From Bispira polyomma (Eukaryota), in contig OZ287752.1 of NCBI GenBank assembly GCA_965649765.1, positions 49,290,001 through 49,354,000 of the forward strand: a stretch of DNA of 64,000 nucleotides, read 5' to 3'. The notes beneath the pieces were generated by a model. It worked only from the letters and a program-made list of their open reading frames with translations. It was not told the origin of the DNA and did not search any database. Shown here piece by piece: positions 39,583 to 48,298 of this stretch. Within the stretch, counting starts at the first letter, position 1. Every line of letters begins with the position of its first letter. A program made the translations under genes and the position numbers.

Positions 39583-42243
39583 ATGGCGGCCCGGTTCCCG
39601 GGTCTGTTGCATCTTATGGGGGTACTTGTACCCTCGGGGAGACACAGGAGCTCGGCTCTCTGGCTCGTTGTCTGGCTGAGTTTTCTCAGTACGGTGGAGG
39701 GTAGAGTCCAGCCCACGGGACCGTCTACCTCCTTACCACTTCCTCCCCTGGCTATACTGACGGTTGTGGTCATTTCTCTGCTCTGTGCTGCCCTTCTTCT
39801 CATAGGTGTAGCCACTCCTCCTCCCAAGCCACCTAGGGCTAGTGGTACGAAAACGGGGCAAAAACAGGGCCGTTGTGGTCATTTCTTTGCTTCGTGGGAC
39901 GACCACGGATGGTGTCCTACCTGCAGGCACGCGGGTAAAGGACAGGACCCGTGTGCTAAGAATCCGTCGGATTGCAAGTTTTGTGCGTCGTTCACGGAGG
40001 AGCAAAGAAACAAGATTAAGTTGCGAGTCACCTACCGACAAAGGCAGGACAAAAAACGGGCACCTCTGGCATCCCCAGAAGATACTCTACTCGACTCGCC
40101 TAGCCGGTCCGGTGGTGCTACCGGTTTAACCGACGCCGGAGCCGGTATTGAAGCTATGGAAGTTTCGGACTTTGACGCTAACATCCTCTTGGATGAACCG
40201 GTTGAACAACCCCCGTCCACGGCGTCTACTAGTAGTCTTCAGCCGCCTTACCCTCAGAGGGTCGATATCCAGATCCCATTGGAAAGGGTTACAGGCTTAG
40301 GCCCGGCACCGGGCATGGCCGGTATTCAACCTTTACCGCCTCCCCCCCCGGCTACACCGATGACACAGTCACGTGCTCTCATGGATAATTTGAGGAATCA
40401 ATTTACCACGGAACTGTGCTCTCTTCACGGCAAGTTGGACCTGCAACAGCAGCGTACCGACAATTTGCTTCAGCAACAGGCTGCAAAGTCTGATCTCCTT
40501 CTTCAGACTCTCATGAAGGAACTCTCCTCTCTAAAACAAACCCGTGGGAGGGAACCTCCGGTCACCGGAGAAGGTACCTCGGTCTCCGGACTCACCTCTG
40601 GTAGCAACCTCACTCCGGCTCAGCAGCCGCGGGCCCCTTACGGGGCGACAGCCTCGCAACCGCAACCTCATTCTAGGGGTTATCAGGAGCCGATGTTCGA
40701 GCAGCCGGATAGGTCGTATGGACTACATCATACTAAGACCCCCAGGGATACTCAACCGGAGACGTCTTGGGACAAAGCCACCCCTGATCCTGATCAGGAG
40801 ATGGAGTACATGTCACCCGACACCTTGGCCCGTTACGAGCGTAAGCTCAAGAAAGAGCACAAGAGGACACATAAACGGGATAAAAAGAGTCGCCATAGGA
40901 AGAGGACCCCAGACGCTTCGGCTTCGGACTCTTCCAACGATTCGGCTGACGGGGTCCCGGCTAGACCGGCTACCTCTAAACAGAAGGCTAAACCGTCAGC
41001 TTCTTTAGGGGCTCCTCCGGTACGGTACCCGGAACGTGAGGCAGGCGAGGTCTCAGAGGAAAATGAGGAGGAACACGCGGTAGCGTTTATCGCTGCCAAG
41101 AAAAGGGCTATGGAGATGGTACAGACAGGGAATTCTCCTACACCGGGACAACACTCTCGGGATTCGTCGCGTTCCCATCGGAATTTTTCTGAGGACGATA
41201 ACGCCACCACTAGGGATGAGTACACGTACTTCCCTACCTATGTTGAAACATTGAAGGCGGTTAGGACAATACTGGATATTCCAGAACCGAAAGAAACTCC
41301 TAAAGAGGAATCTTCCACTTCATTATTTCGGGCCCAGCCTGCAGTGGAAGATTCCGTATTGCCCCCATCTCTCAAGCTCCCGGCTTTAGACTTGGTTTCA
41401 AAATTTCAGGCTCTCACTCTGGCTACAACAGCTCACCCTACCGGTGGAGAGTCTAGGCGCCTTCAGCAAGGAGAAATTCTCAAAATGCCTAGGTCGGACG
41501 TGAAATTTTATCCTGTCCAAGACGCTGCGTGGTCGGTTACACCACAGCTTCTCAATCCCAATTTCCGGGACATTGAGCAGAACAATCCTCAACAGGCTCC
41601 GGTCTGTCACGTCTCTCAAAAGCAAATGCGGCAGTGGGAGGGTAGACAGAAGGAGTGGCTCTCAGCCCTCAACCATTACTCCCACTTCTCTAGGGCAGCG
41701 GAGATAGCCATCACAAGGGCCCGCCAAGAGCAAGACCCGGCCCTTAAGGACGAAAACTTAGCTGTCGCCCAGAGGGTCATGATTAGCATGTCTCGTGTCG
41801 TGGGACATCTTCACGCAGACATTATGACAATGATGGCGAACACCATTCTCTTTCGCAGAGATGCGGTGTTAACAAACCTGCACCCTTTTGTGCCAGGTCA
41901 CTTGAAGTCCGACCTCAGGTCATCTCCGTATCATTCAACTGACCTATTTGACCCGGCCGTTGTCACCAGGGCCCAGGAGGCCATTAAAAATGATAAACGT
42001 TATCATACAAGCCGCGGTTCCTCAGGGGACTACAAACACAAAAGTAGCTCGTCCAAGGGTTCGTATCGCGGCAACAGGTCCTCACCCTATCACCAAGGTG
42101 GACGTGGTCGTTCTTCCCGGGGACGGGGAAACAACGCGTATAGAGGTGGCCGTGGAGGCGGCGGTGGCAATGGATCCGACAGAGGATCGGGAGGAGGCTT
42201 CAAGAAGCCTTTCCCCCGGGGCCGGGGTGGCTCCTCAAAATGA
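39583..42243 (+). CDS. DIRS ORF1 (gag-like), N-terminal Cys/His zinc finger and C-terminal RGG-rich tail
   Basis: 886-aa intact ORF directly inside the left ITR; CGH..DDHGWCPTCR..DPC....DCKFC; upstream of and overlapping the RT ORF. Confidence 0.85.
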   Translation: MAARFPGLLHLMGVLVPSGRHRSSALWLVVWLSFLSTVEGRVQPTGPSTSLPLPPLAILTVVVISLLCAALLLIGVATPPPKPPRASGTKTGQKQGRCGHFFASWDDHGWCPTCRHAGKGQDPCAKNPSDCKFCASFTEEQRNKIKLRVTYRQRQDKKRAPLASPEDTLLDSPSRSGGATGLTDAGAGIEAMEVSDFDANILLDEPVEQPPSTASTSSLQPPYPQRVDIQIPLERVTGLGPAPGMAGIQPLPPPPPATPMTQSRALMDNLRNQFTTELCSLHGKLDLQQQRTDNLLQQQAAKSDLLLQTLMKELSSLKQTRGREPPVTGEGTSVSGLTSGSNLTPAQQPRAPYGATASQPQPHSRGYQEPMFEQPDRSYGLHHTKTPRDTQPETSWDKATPDPDQEMEYMSPDTLARYERKLKKEHKRTHKRDKKSRHRKRTPDASASDSSNDSADGVPARPATSKQKAKPSASLGAPPVRYPEREAGEVSEENEEEHAVAFIAAKKRAMEMVQTGNSPTPGQHSRDSSRSHRNFSEDDNATTRDEYTYFPTYVETLKAVRTILDIPEPKETPKEESSTSLFRAQPAVEDSVLPPSLKLPALDLVSKFQALTLATTAHPTGGESRRLQQGEILKMPRSDVKFYPVQDAAWSVTPQLLNPNFRDIEQNNPQQAPVCHVSQKQMRQWEGRQKEWLSALNHYSHFSRAAEIAITRARQEQDPALKDENLAVAQRVMISMSRVVGHLHADIMTMMANTILFRRDAVLTNLHPFVPGHLKSDLRSSPYHSTDLFDPAVVTRAQEAIKNDKRYHTSRGSSGDYKHKSSSSKGSYRGNRSSPYHQGGRGRSSRGRGNNAYRGGRGGGGGNGSDRGSGGGFKKPFPRGRGGSSK

Positions 42244-44308
42244 GACTCCACCGAAGCAGACGCCCTCAGGGGTTGGGGCGCGTTTGCTTCATTTTGTACC
42301 CGAATGGACATCGAAAGGAATAATTCAAAGAGAACTGGATATCATAAGGCTAGGATATTCCCTTCCATTCCGGAGAAAGCCTCCTCTATCCCGGTTCCCA
42401 TACATCATAAGCGGATACACGGGAGGACAGAAAGACAACGCTTTACACAACTGTGTGGTGGACCTTCTGTCAAAACAAGCAGTCGTACCGGTGCAAAAGA
42501 CCAACTCGTTGGGATACACCAGTCGGCTTTTCCTGGTTCCCAAACCGGGCAACCGGTGGAGACCGGTCATAGACCTCAGTACTCTCAATCAATACCTCGA
42601 GGTCCACAAGTTCCGCATGGAGACCCCGGAGTCTATCCGGGCCTCTTTACAACAGGGGGAATGGGTCACCTCACTGGACCTTACGGATGCTTATCTACAC
42701 ATCCCGATTCACCCCCGGTCTCAAAAATACCTCAGGTTTCATCACCGAGGCAAGTCCTACCAGTTCAGGGCTCTTCCATTTGGACTAGCAACAGCCCCTC
42801 ACGAGTTCACTCTACTAGTCAAGGAAGTCAAACTGATGGCCCTCTCTTTGGGAGTTCGGATGCATCAGTATTTGGAGGACTGGCTTATCAGAGCACCTTC
42901 AGCGGCTCAATGTCAAACCAGCACAGAGACCGTGATCTCCCTCATCACAGATTTGGGTTGGATCATCAATTACGAGAAGTCGGAACTTATCCCCTCACAG
43001 AACTTTACCTTCGTCGGGTACCAGTTCGACCTACAGAGGGGACTGGTACTACCTACACCAGACCGGTTGTGCAAATTACAGGATATGATCAACCGGATAC
43101 TCCTCATCTCTCGGGTGTCGGTTCGACTCTGGATGTCTCTTATCGGCCTCCTTGCGTCAACAGAAAAACAAGTACCTGGGGGTCGCCTTCAAATGCGACC
43201 TCTACAATGGCACCTGAAGAACCACTGGAGGTTCCCAGAAACCTTAAACAAGCTCATTCCAGTGGACCCTCTCCTCAAGGCTCACCTCGAATGGTGGTTG
43301 GATCCAAGAAACGTGTTGGTGGGAGACTCCCTCCATCCTCTCGAGCACAATACCTTGCTCTTTACAGACGCTTCAAACGAAGGTTGGAGCGCTCACTTGG
43401 ATTCTCACACAGCCAGAGGCGGATGGTCAGTGTCCGAACAAGATCTACACATAAATGTCCTAGAACTCAAGGCAGTCTATCTGGCTCTACAGGCCTTCAA
43501 GGTTCAGTGCACCGGTCAAAGAGTCCTTCTGTCAACCGACAACTCATCGGTGGTAGCCTACATAAACAAACAGGGAGGCACACACTCGATGGAGATGTGT
43601 GCCCTAGTCTGGAGAATACAAACATTATGTCACAAGTTAACTGTGACTCTCAGAGCGCGTCACATTCCCGGATGTCGAAACGTCATCGCCGACGCTCTCT
43701 CCAGAAAGAACCAAGTCATCCAGACAGAGTGGTCGCTCTGCCCTCGGATTTTCAAGACCCTGTGTCGCCAGTGGTACACTCCACATGTGGACATGTTTGC
43801 AACAAACTTGAATCACAAACTACCGATATACGTCTCTCCACTCCCGGATCCGCAAGCCTGGGCAGTGGATGCTCTCAACATATCTTGGGACAACCTGGAC
43901 GTTTACTGTTATCCCCCGACAGCTCTGATCACCAAGGTGATGAACAAAGTACGCACCCACAGGTGCAGGATACTTCTCATAGCCCCAGGGTGGCCGGGAA
44001 TGCCCTGGTTCTGGGATCTCGTGGACTTGTCACTGCGAGTTCCTCTACTGCTACCTCCACGCCACAATTTACTCAGACAACCATGGAACCTTCGGTTCCA
44101 TCCGGATCCGGCATTCCTGAACCTTCACGCTTGGTGTCTAGGAGTACCGGACTACAAGAGCAAGGCTTCACCCCTGCAGTGGCAGAAAGGATTGCTCAAC
44201 CTCAGAGGCTCTCTACAAGATCCGTCTACAAGTCAAAGTGGACCGTTTTTCAACGATGGTGTGAGGAAAAGCAGGTGGACTTCACATGCCCACCTGTTAA
44301 TAAAGTAG
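41948..44308 (+). CDS. DIRS ORF2: reverse transcriptase, RNase H and DNA N6-adenine methyltransferase-like domain
   Basis: SRLFLVPK..WRPVIDL, SLDLTDAYLHIPI, FRALPFGLATAP, YLED; RNase H TDAS, HINVLELKAV, TDN, NVIADALSR; MT-like DMFA..VDAL..YCYPP. First in-frame ATG at 41990; true start uncertain. Confidence 0.93.
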   Translation: MTRPLSPGPRRPLKMINVIIQAAVPQGTTNTKVARPRVRIAATGPHPITKVDVVVLPGDGETTRIEVAVEAAVAMDPTEDREEASRSLSPGAGVAPQNETPPKQTPSGVGARLLHFVPEWTSKGIIQRELDIIRLGYSLPFRRKPPLSRFPYIISGYTGGQKDNALHNCVVDLLSKQAVVPVQKTNSLGYTSRLFLVPKPGNRWRPVIDLSTLNQYLEVHKFRMETPESIRASLQQGEWVTSLDLTDAYLHIPIHPRSQKYLRFHHRGKSYQFRALPFGLATAPHEFTLLVKEVKLMALSLGVRMHQYLEDWLIRAPSAAQCQTSTETVISLITDLGWIINYEKSELIPSQNFTFVGYQFDLQRGLVLPTPDRLCKLQDMINRILLISRVSVRLWMSLIGLLASTEKQVPGGRLQMRPLQWHLKNHWRFPETLNKLIPVDPLLKAHLEWWLDPRNVLVGDSLHPLEHNTLLFTDASNEGWSAHLDSHTARGGWSVSEQDLHINVLELKAVYLALQAFKVQCTGQRVLLSTDNSSVVAYINKQGGTHSMEMCALVWRIQTLCHKLTVTLRARHIPGCRNVIADALSRKNQVIQTEWSLCPRIFKTLCRQWYTPHVDMFATNLNHKLPIYVSPLPDPQAWAVDALNISWDNLDVYCYPPTALITKVMNKVRTHRCRILLIAPGWPGMPWFWDLVDLSLRVPLLLPPRHNLLRQPWNLRFHPDPAFLNLHAWCLGVPDYKSKASPLQWQKGLLNLRGSLQDPSTSQSGPFFNDGVRKSRWTSHAHLLIK

Positions 44309-45210
44309 CAGATTTCTTGATGCACCTCTACTCGGACAAGAACCTAAGACCTTCTACCATAGAAGGCTACAGGACGGCTATTGCGGATACCCTCGGTTCC
44401 ACAGTGAATATTAGTCATAACCAGGACATCTCTCGGTTGTTGACCAGTTTTCATCGAGATAGGCCTAAGGCAGCCAGATCCTTACCAAAGTGGAATCTCT
44501 CGGTTGTGCTACATCAGCTTACTTGTCCTCCTTTTGAACCGTTACGAAAAGCAGAACTGAAGCATCTTACCTACAAGACAGCCTTCCTACTTGCTTTGGC
44601 ATCAGGAAAACGTCGGAGCGAAATTCACGCTTGGATATTCGAGTATATGCGGAATCTGGGCCACTGGGAGAAAATATCTTTAGCAGCCTCCCCGGCCTTT
44701 TTGGCCAAGAATCAACTCGCTAGGGACGGACCACAGTGTATCGCACCGGTGATCATCCCTGCTCTCGCTCCAGCGTTAGACAGAAGCCTAACTACAGACA
44801 GATCGTTATGTCCTGTCAGAGCCCTGAGATACTACTTGGATAAAGTATCCGACATCAGGAAAGGTAGAAAGCTCTTGTTTGTGTCTTTTAAGAAAGGCCA
44901 CAGCAAAGAAATACAGGCGTCAACCATATCATCATGGATTAAAGAAACAGTGAAGTTGTGTTACTCTCTTGCTGATGATCACTCTCTCGACCTTTTACAG
45001 GTCAAAGCTCATGACGTCAGAGCTTTCGCGGCCTCCAAAGCCTTCCAAGGTGGCGTTTCGGTCGATCAAATTATGTCAGCCTGCCATTGGAAGTCGCATT
45101 CCACGTTCACGGACTTTTATTTAAAAGACCTGGCCTGGGCGGACAAAGACTACCTCTACCTAGGTCCTGTTGTAGCTGCTCAACAGATTGTGGATTCTTC
45201 ACCTTCCTGA
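42304..45210 (+). CDS. DIRS ORF3: tyrosine recombinase (C-terminal about 350 aa) with long N-terminal extension overlapping ORF2
   Basis: ALASGKRRSEI (catalytic R), LCPVRAL, HDVR (HxxR), W...STFTDFY (catalytic Y). Confidence 0.92.
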   Translation: MDIERNNSKRTGYHKARIFPSIPEKASSIPVPIHHKRIHGRTERQRFTQLCGGPSVKTSSRTGAKDQLVGIHQSAFPGSQTGQPVETGHRPQYSQSIPRGPQVPHGDPGVYPGLFTTGGMGHLTGPYGCLSTHPDSPPVSKIPQVSSPRQVLPVQGSSIWTSNSPSRVHSTSQGSQTDGPLFGSSDASVFGGLAYQSTFSGSMSNQHRDRDLPHHRFGLDHQLREVGTYPLTELYLRRVPVRPTEGTGTTYTRPVVQITGYDQPDTPHLSGVGSTLDVSYRPPCVNRKTSTWGSPSNATSTMAPEEPLEVPRNLKQAHSSGPSPQGSPRMVVGSKKRVGGRLPPSSRAQYLALYRRFKRRLERSLGFSHSQRRMVSVRTRSTHKCPRTQGSLSGSTGLQGSVHRSKSPSVNRQLIGGSLHKQTGRHTLDGDVCPSLENTNIMSQVNCDSQSASHSRMSKRHRRRSLQKEPSHPDRVVALPSDFQDPVSPVVHSTCGHVCNKLESQTTDIRLSTPGSASLGSGCSQHILGQPGRLLLSPDSSDHQGDEQSTHPQVQDTSHSPRVAGNALVLGSRGLVTASSSTATSTPQFTQTTMEPSVPSGSGIPEPSRLVSRSTGLQEQGFTPAVAERIAQPQRLSTRSVYKSKWTVFQRWCEEKQVDFTCPPVNKVADFLMHLYSDKNLRPSTIEGYRTAIADTLGSTVNISHNQDISRLLTSFHRDRPKAARSLPKWNLSVVLHQLTCPPFEPLRKAELKHLTYKTAFLLALASGKRRSEIHAWIFEYMRNLGHWEKISLAASPAFLAKNQLARDGPQCIAPVIIPALAPALDRSLTTDRSLCPVRALRYYLDKVSDIRKGRKLLFVSFKKGHSKEIQASTISSWIKETVKLCYSLADDHSLDLLQVKAHDVRAFAASKAFQGGVSVDQIMSACHWKSHSTFTDFYLKDLAWADKDYLYLGPVVAAQQIVDSSPS

Positions 45211-45832
45211 ACGACTCTCATCATGTGATATTTGCCTCAGTGTGTGTGCCTGTGACCCGGCTACTCTCTTGTAAAAACCAGGGGGGGGGAGCCGACCGGA
45301 TCGTGACACTTGCCAGTGCCCCACCGGTCAACCGGATCCGTTACTACCGGATCGGGAGGACTACATGCCAGCAGGATACCTGTATCGATGGTGAGAGAAA
45401 ATTTTGACTCATTCTGTTTTTGATTAAAACACACATGTAAGCATGGTTGTCAAAAATAAGTATGTTAATACTGTAATTCTGGGGGATAACTGATTACGAT
45501 CTGTTCTCATATAAATGTATACATATACTTGTCAATATTAGTTCCAGAACGGTATCTAATTATTGCGTGTATTTTAACCCTTTTAGGTCAGAAAGTCTTG
45601 CAGTGTGTGGAAGTTCTGGTACTCGATGAAAAGGTGGTCATCTCAACTACAGAGAGCTGCAGGCTAGGGTAAGTGATTATTACGCACTAGATTAATTCCT
45701 TCTTTCCTTGTAGGATCAGACAGGAAGAGGCAGCATCACCACCATCAATACTAATAACTTTGTTTATTTCAGAGAAAAGGAGTTCTACCAGCTTCCCTGT
45801 GGCGTTTACCCACCTCCTTGGTGATGGTATTC

Positions 45833-45931
45833 AGCACACAGTTTCACTGGGTAAGTAATTGTATTGCAATAAAATTAAAAATTTTATTCATAAATTGTAT
45901 TTTTATAAAATACATACTTACCCAGTGAAAC
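45833..45931. other. DIRS internal complementary region (ICR)
   Basis: agcacacagtttcactgggtaagtaattgtattgcaataaaa is complementary to the left end and is fused to ttaaaaattttattcataaattgtatttttataaaatacatacttacccagtgaaac, complementary to the right end; this reconstitutes the circle junction. Confidence 0.92.
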
Positions 45932-45997
45932 GGTTAGAGTCCCACCCAACCTGCCCCGCGGTTAACGCCAAAGGGTAGGGTTATGTCTATTAAGGGG

Positions 45998-46225
45998 TTC
46001 AAAAATGGCTCTAGTAAATCAGAATGGTCGTTTGCGCAGCTTCTCGCGCAGGGTCACGTGATGTACCGGTCCCCGGCGGACCGACTCTCGTCGGAGGCGA
46101 CCGGTAAATAACCCCTTTTCTCTTAGGGATTGGTCGTCACCGGCAGGCGAACTACCGGTAAGCACACAGTTTCACTGGGTAAGTATCTATTTTATAAAAA
46201 TACAATTTATGAATAAAATTTTTAA
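45998..46225 (-). repeat. DIRS right inverted terminal repeat with 3' extension
   Basis: Reverse complement of the left ITR plus an AT-rich extension (46186-46225) that is complementary to the ICR. Confidence 0.93.
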
Positions 46226-48021
46226 AATTGTTTGAAGTATTAGGATTTGCTACTACCAAGACTAAATCCAAGTAGGTATGATTGGATTTACTTTGAAGGA
46301 AACAGTTTGATGTTGATTAGTTGTGAAGGAGGAACTGTTAAATAAACATTGTATAAAGTACTAATTGGAGTAAAATTCACAGGTGTATATTGAAATCACT
46401 AACACATATACCTTACATACTGTACATTTTATCCAAATAATTTTTGTAGTAGGAAGATGTGTGTGCAATCTGCAAAACAGGTCCTGTTAAAGAGTGTGAT
46501 TATTCAAGGCTTCATATCATAGCACTCAATTATACACCTATCCTAAACATTACAAACTCATAACTCGCAGCAATCTGTTAATCACAAGCTCAAAATAAAC
46601 CCACATATGTGGCACCACACAGCTTCTGTTTGAGTAAATAAAACTCCGCCCCGGCGTGTATGTGGGAAAGTTGGCAGTCGACTTTTTAAAGACTGGTAGA
46701 TTACAGAACAGAAACTAATGTATTACATAACCTTTCACCTTGTCAATGGTTCTCAAATGTACTAAGGTAAGAAAAAGACTAGGCACCTTTACCCAATAGA
46801 TTCACAATGGTGCCAAGATATGAAGTTCCAGCCATTTGAAGTTAGCAAGATATTGTCCAAATTTAAAGATGTCTGCCCAAATGTACACCCTTAACCAAAG
46901 TGGACAAGGTTCACAACTGTATTAAATGTGAACTTCCATTTGTTGGTCCAGATGTTACCTGTGAAACAGGTCCATAACTGTGTCAAGAATGAACACTGGA
47001 TAATAGAGGTTTGTTTCACAAGTGAAATGTTTAGGCAACACATGTTTCTATGAAATAAAAGATACACTGGTTGTTAAATACACAAAAATAGTGAAGCTGC
47101 TTTCTAAGATGGTAAAATGTAATTCTGTAAAAGGGTCAAAACATGCAAGAACCCATAAAGACTAAAGTACCCATAAAGCACTTCATAGAGAACTCTCTAA
47201 CTGTAACTAAAGTACCCATATTTGGGTGTGCAATACTATTGCAGGGTTGCATAACTCCTTATCCAAACAAGTGTTGAAACCTATAAGCTCTAGTGCTTGT
47301 AGGAAGGATGTCAATTTGGTAAAATGAAAAGTAAAAGTTGCCTGTCTAAATATAACACAAACAGGAGACAATAGTCTTTCTGCATATATTACATGATCTT
47401 AGTTGTCCGTATGAGTCTTTCCAAGACAACCTTCAACCCCTTATCCCCCACCTCTCCCTAACAAGGTGTCTTCAGTGATCGGTCATTAAAAACGAAAAAA
47501 ACTACCCAGAAATGTCTTATCAATGTGGGTTAGCAAACTCACTGATAATACATACTGGTGCACAAATAGAACATCCTTCATATAATTTGATGTATCTACA
47601 TAAACCTCCATATACAACACTAGAAGATTCTTAGATCCTGTATAGTGCCACATAGTTTAACTTTAGCATCTGTGGTTTCTAATGTGCTTGTAATATTGGA
47701 CCACTGTTATAAATTATCAGCCGACATAGATGATTGTTGTAATGGTTAAAGCAAAAGGCATCTGTTGTGTAAATGTCAACAGATACATTTCCTATCAACA
47801 TTATACTTTTGTAAAGGACACTTTCTCATCTGCATCAATGCTCTATGCCCGAGGTCTTTATACTTTTACAGATAAGGTTAAACTAAATAGTTTTAGGATG
47901 CAAATGGCTTCTATTACACTTTCAGTATGCACTTTAACGGCTTGTGGATGAAAAAAGTGTGTGTGTGTTGGGGGGGAGTGGTTTGTAAAATTAACATGGA
48001 CACAGTGTACTACAACAAGAC

Positions 48022-48027
48022 TTTATT
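48022..48027 (-). promoter_or_regulatory. Candidate polyadenylation signal of NCAPG
   Basis: AATAAA on - strand about 270 nt past the predicted stop, followed by a T/G-containing tract. Confidence 0.55.
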
Positions 48028-48298
48028 CACACATACTTGTTTAATCATGTCATAAGAACCTCTTCAATAACCTCTAATACATGCAACTACAAAATTCTGA
48101 CATACAATTGGATACAACAAAACAAAAATTGCATGTCAAAGCTTAGAAATACAAAATTCTGACAAAGACTAGCTTAGATATTACAAAACATACTTCACAT
48201 GTGCAAGCTGACAAATGAATTTATTGGATATTACAAATCAAGGTTCTATTGTAATTGTGGCTGAACTACATGCCGAGTCACTCTTTTTTGCCATAGTC

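Larger units (their letters stand above)
39219..46225 (+). mobile_element. Full-length DIRS1-type tyrosine-recombinase retrotransposon
   Basis: Inverted terminal repeats, internal complementary region, overlapping gag-like, RT-RNaseH-MT and YR ORFs; no TSD seen; AT-rich ends match the junction predicted by the ICR. Confidence 0.96.

Noticed and set aside
43700-45210. Prophage or bacterial horizontal transfer (integrase plus methylase)
   Set aside because: Tyrosine recombinase and methyltransferase-like domains are standard DIRS1 components and are bounded by ITR/ICR structure.
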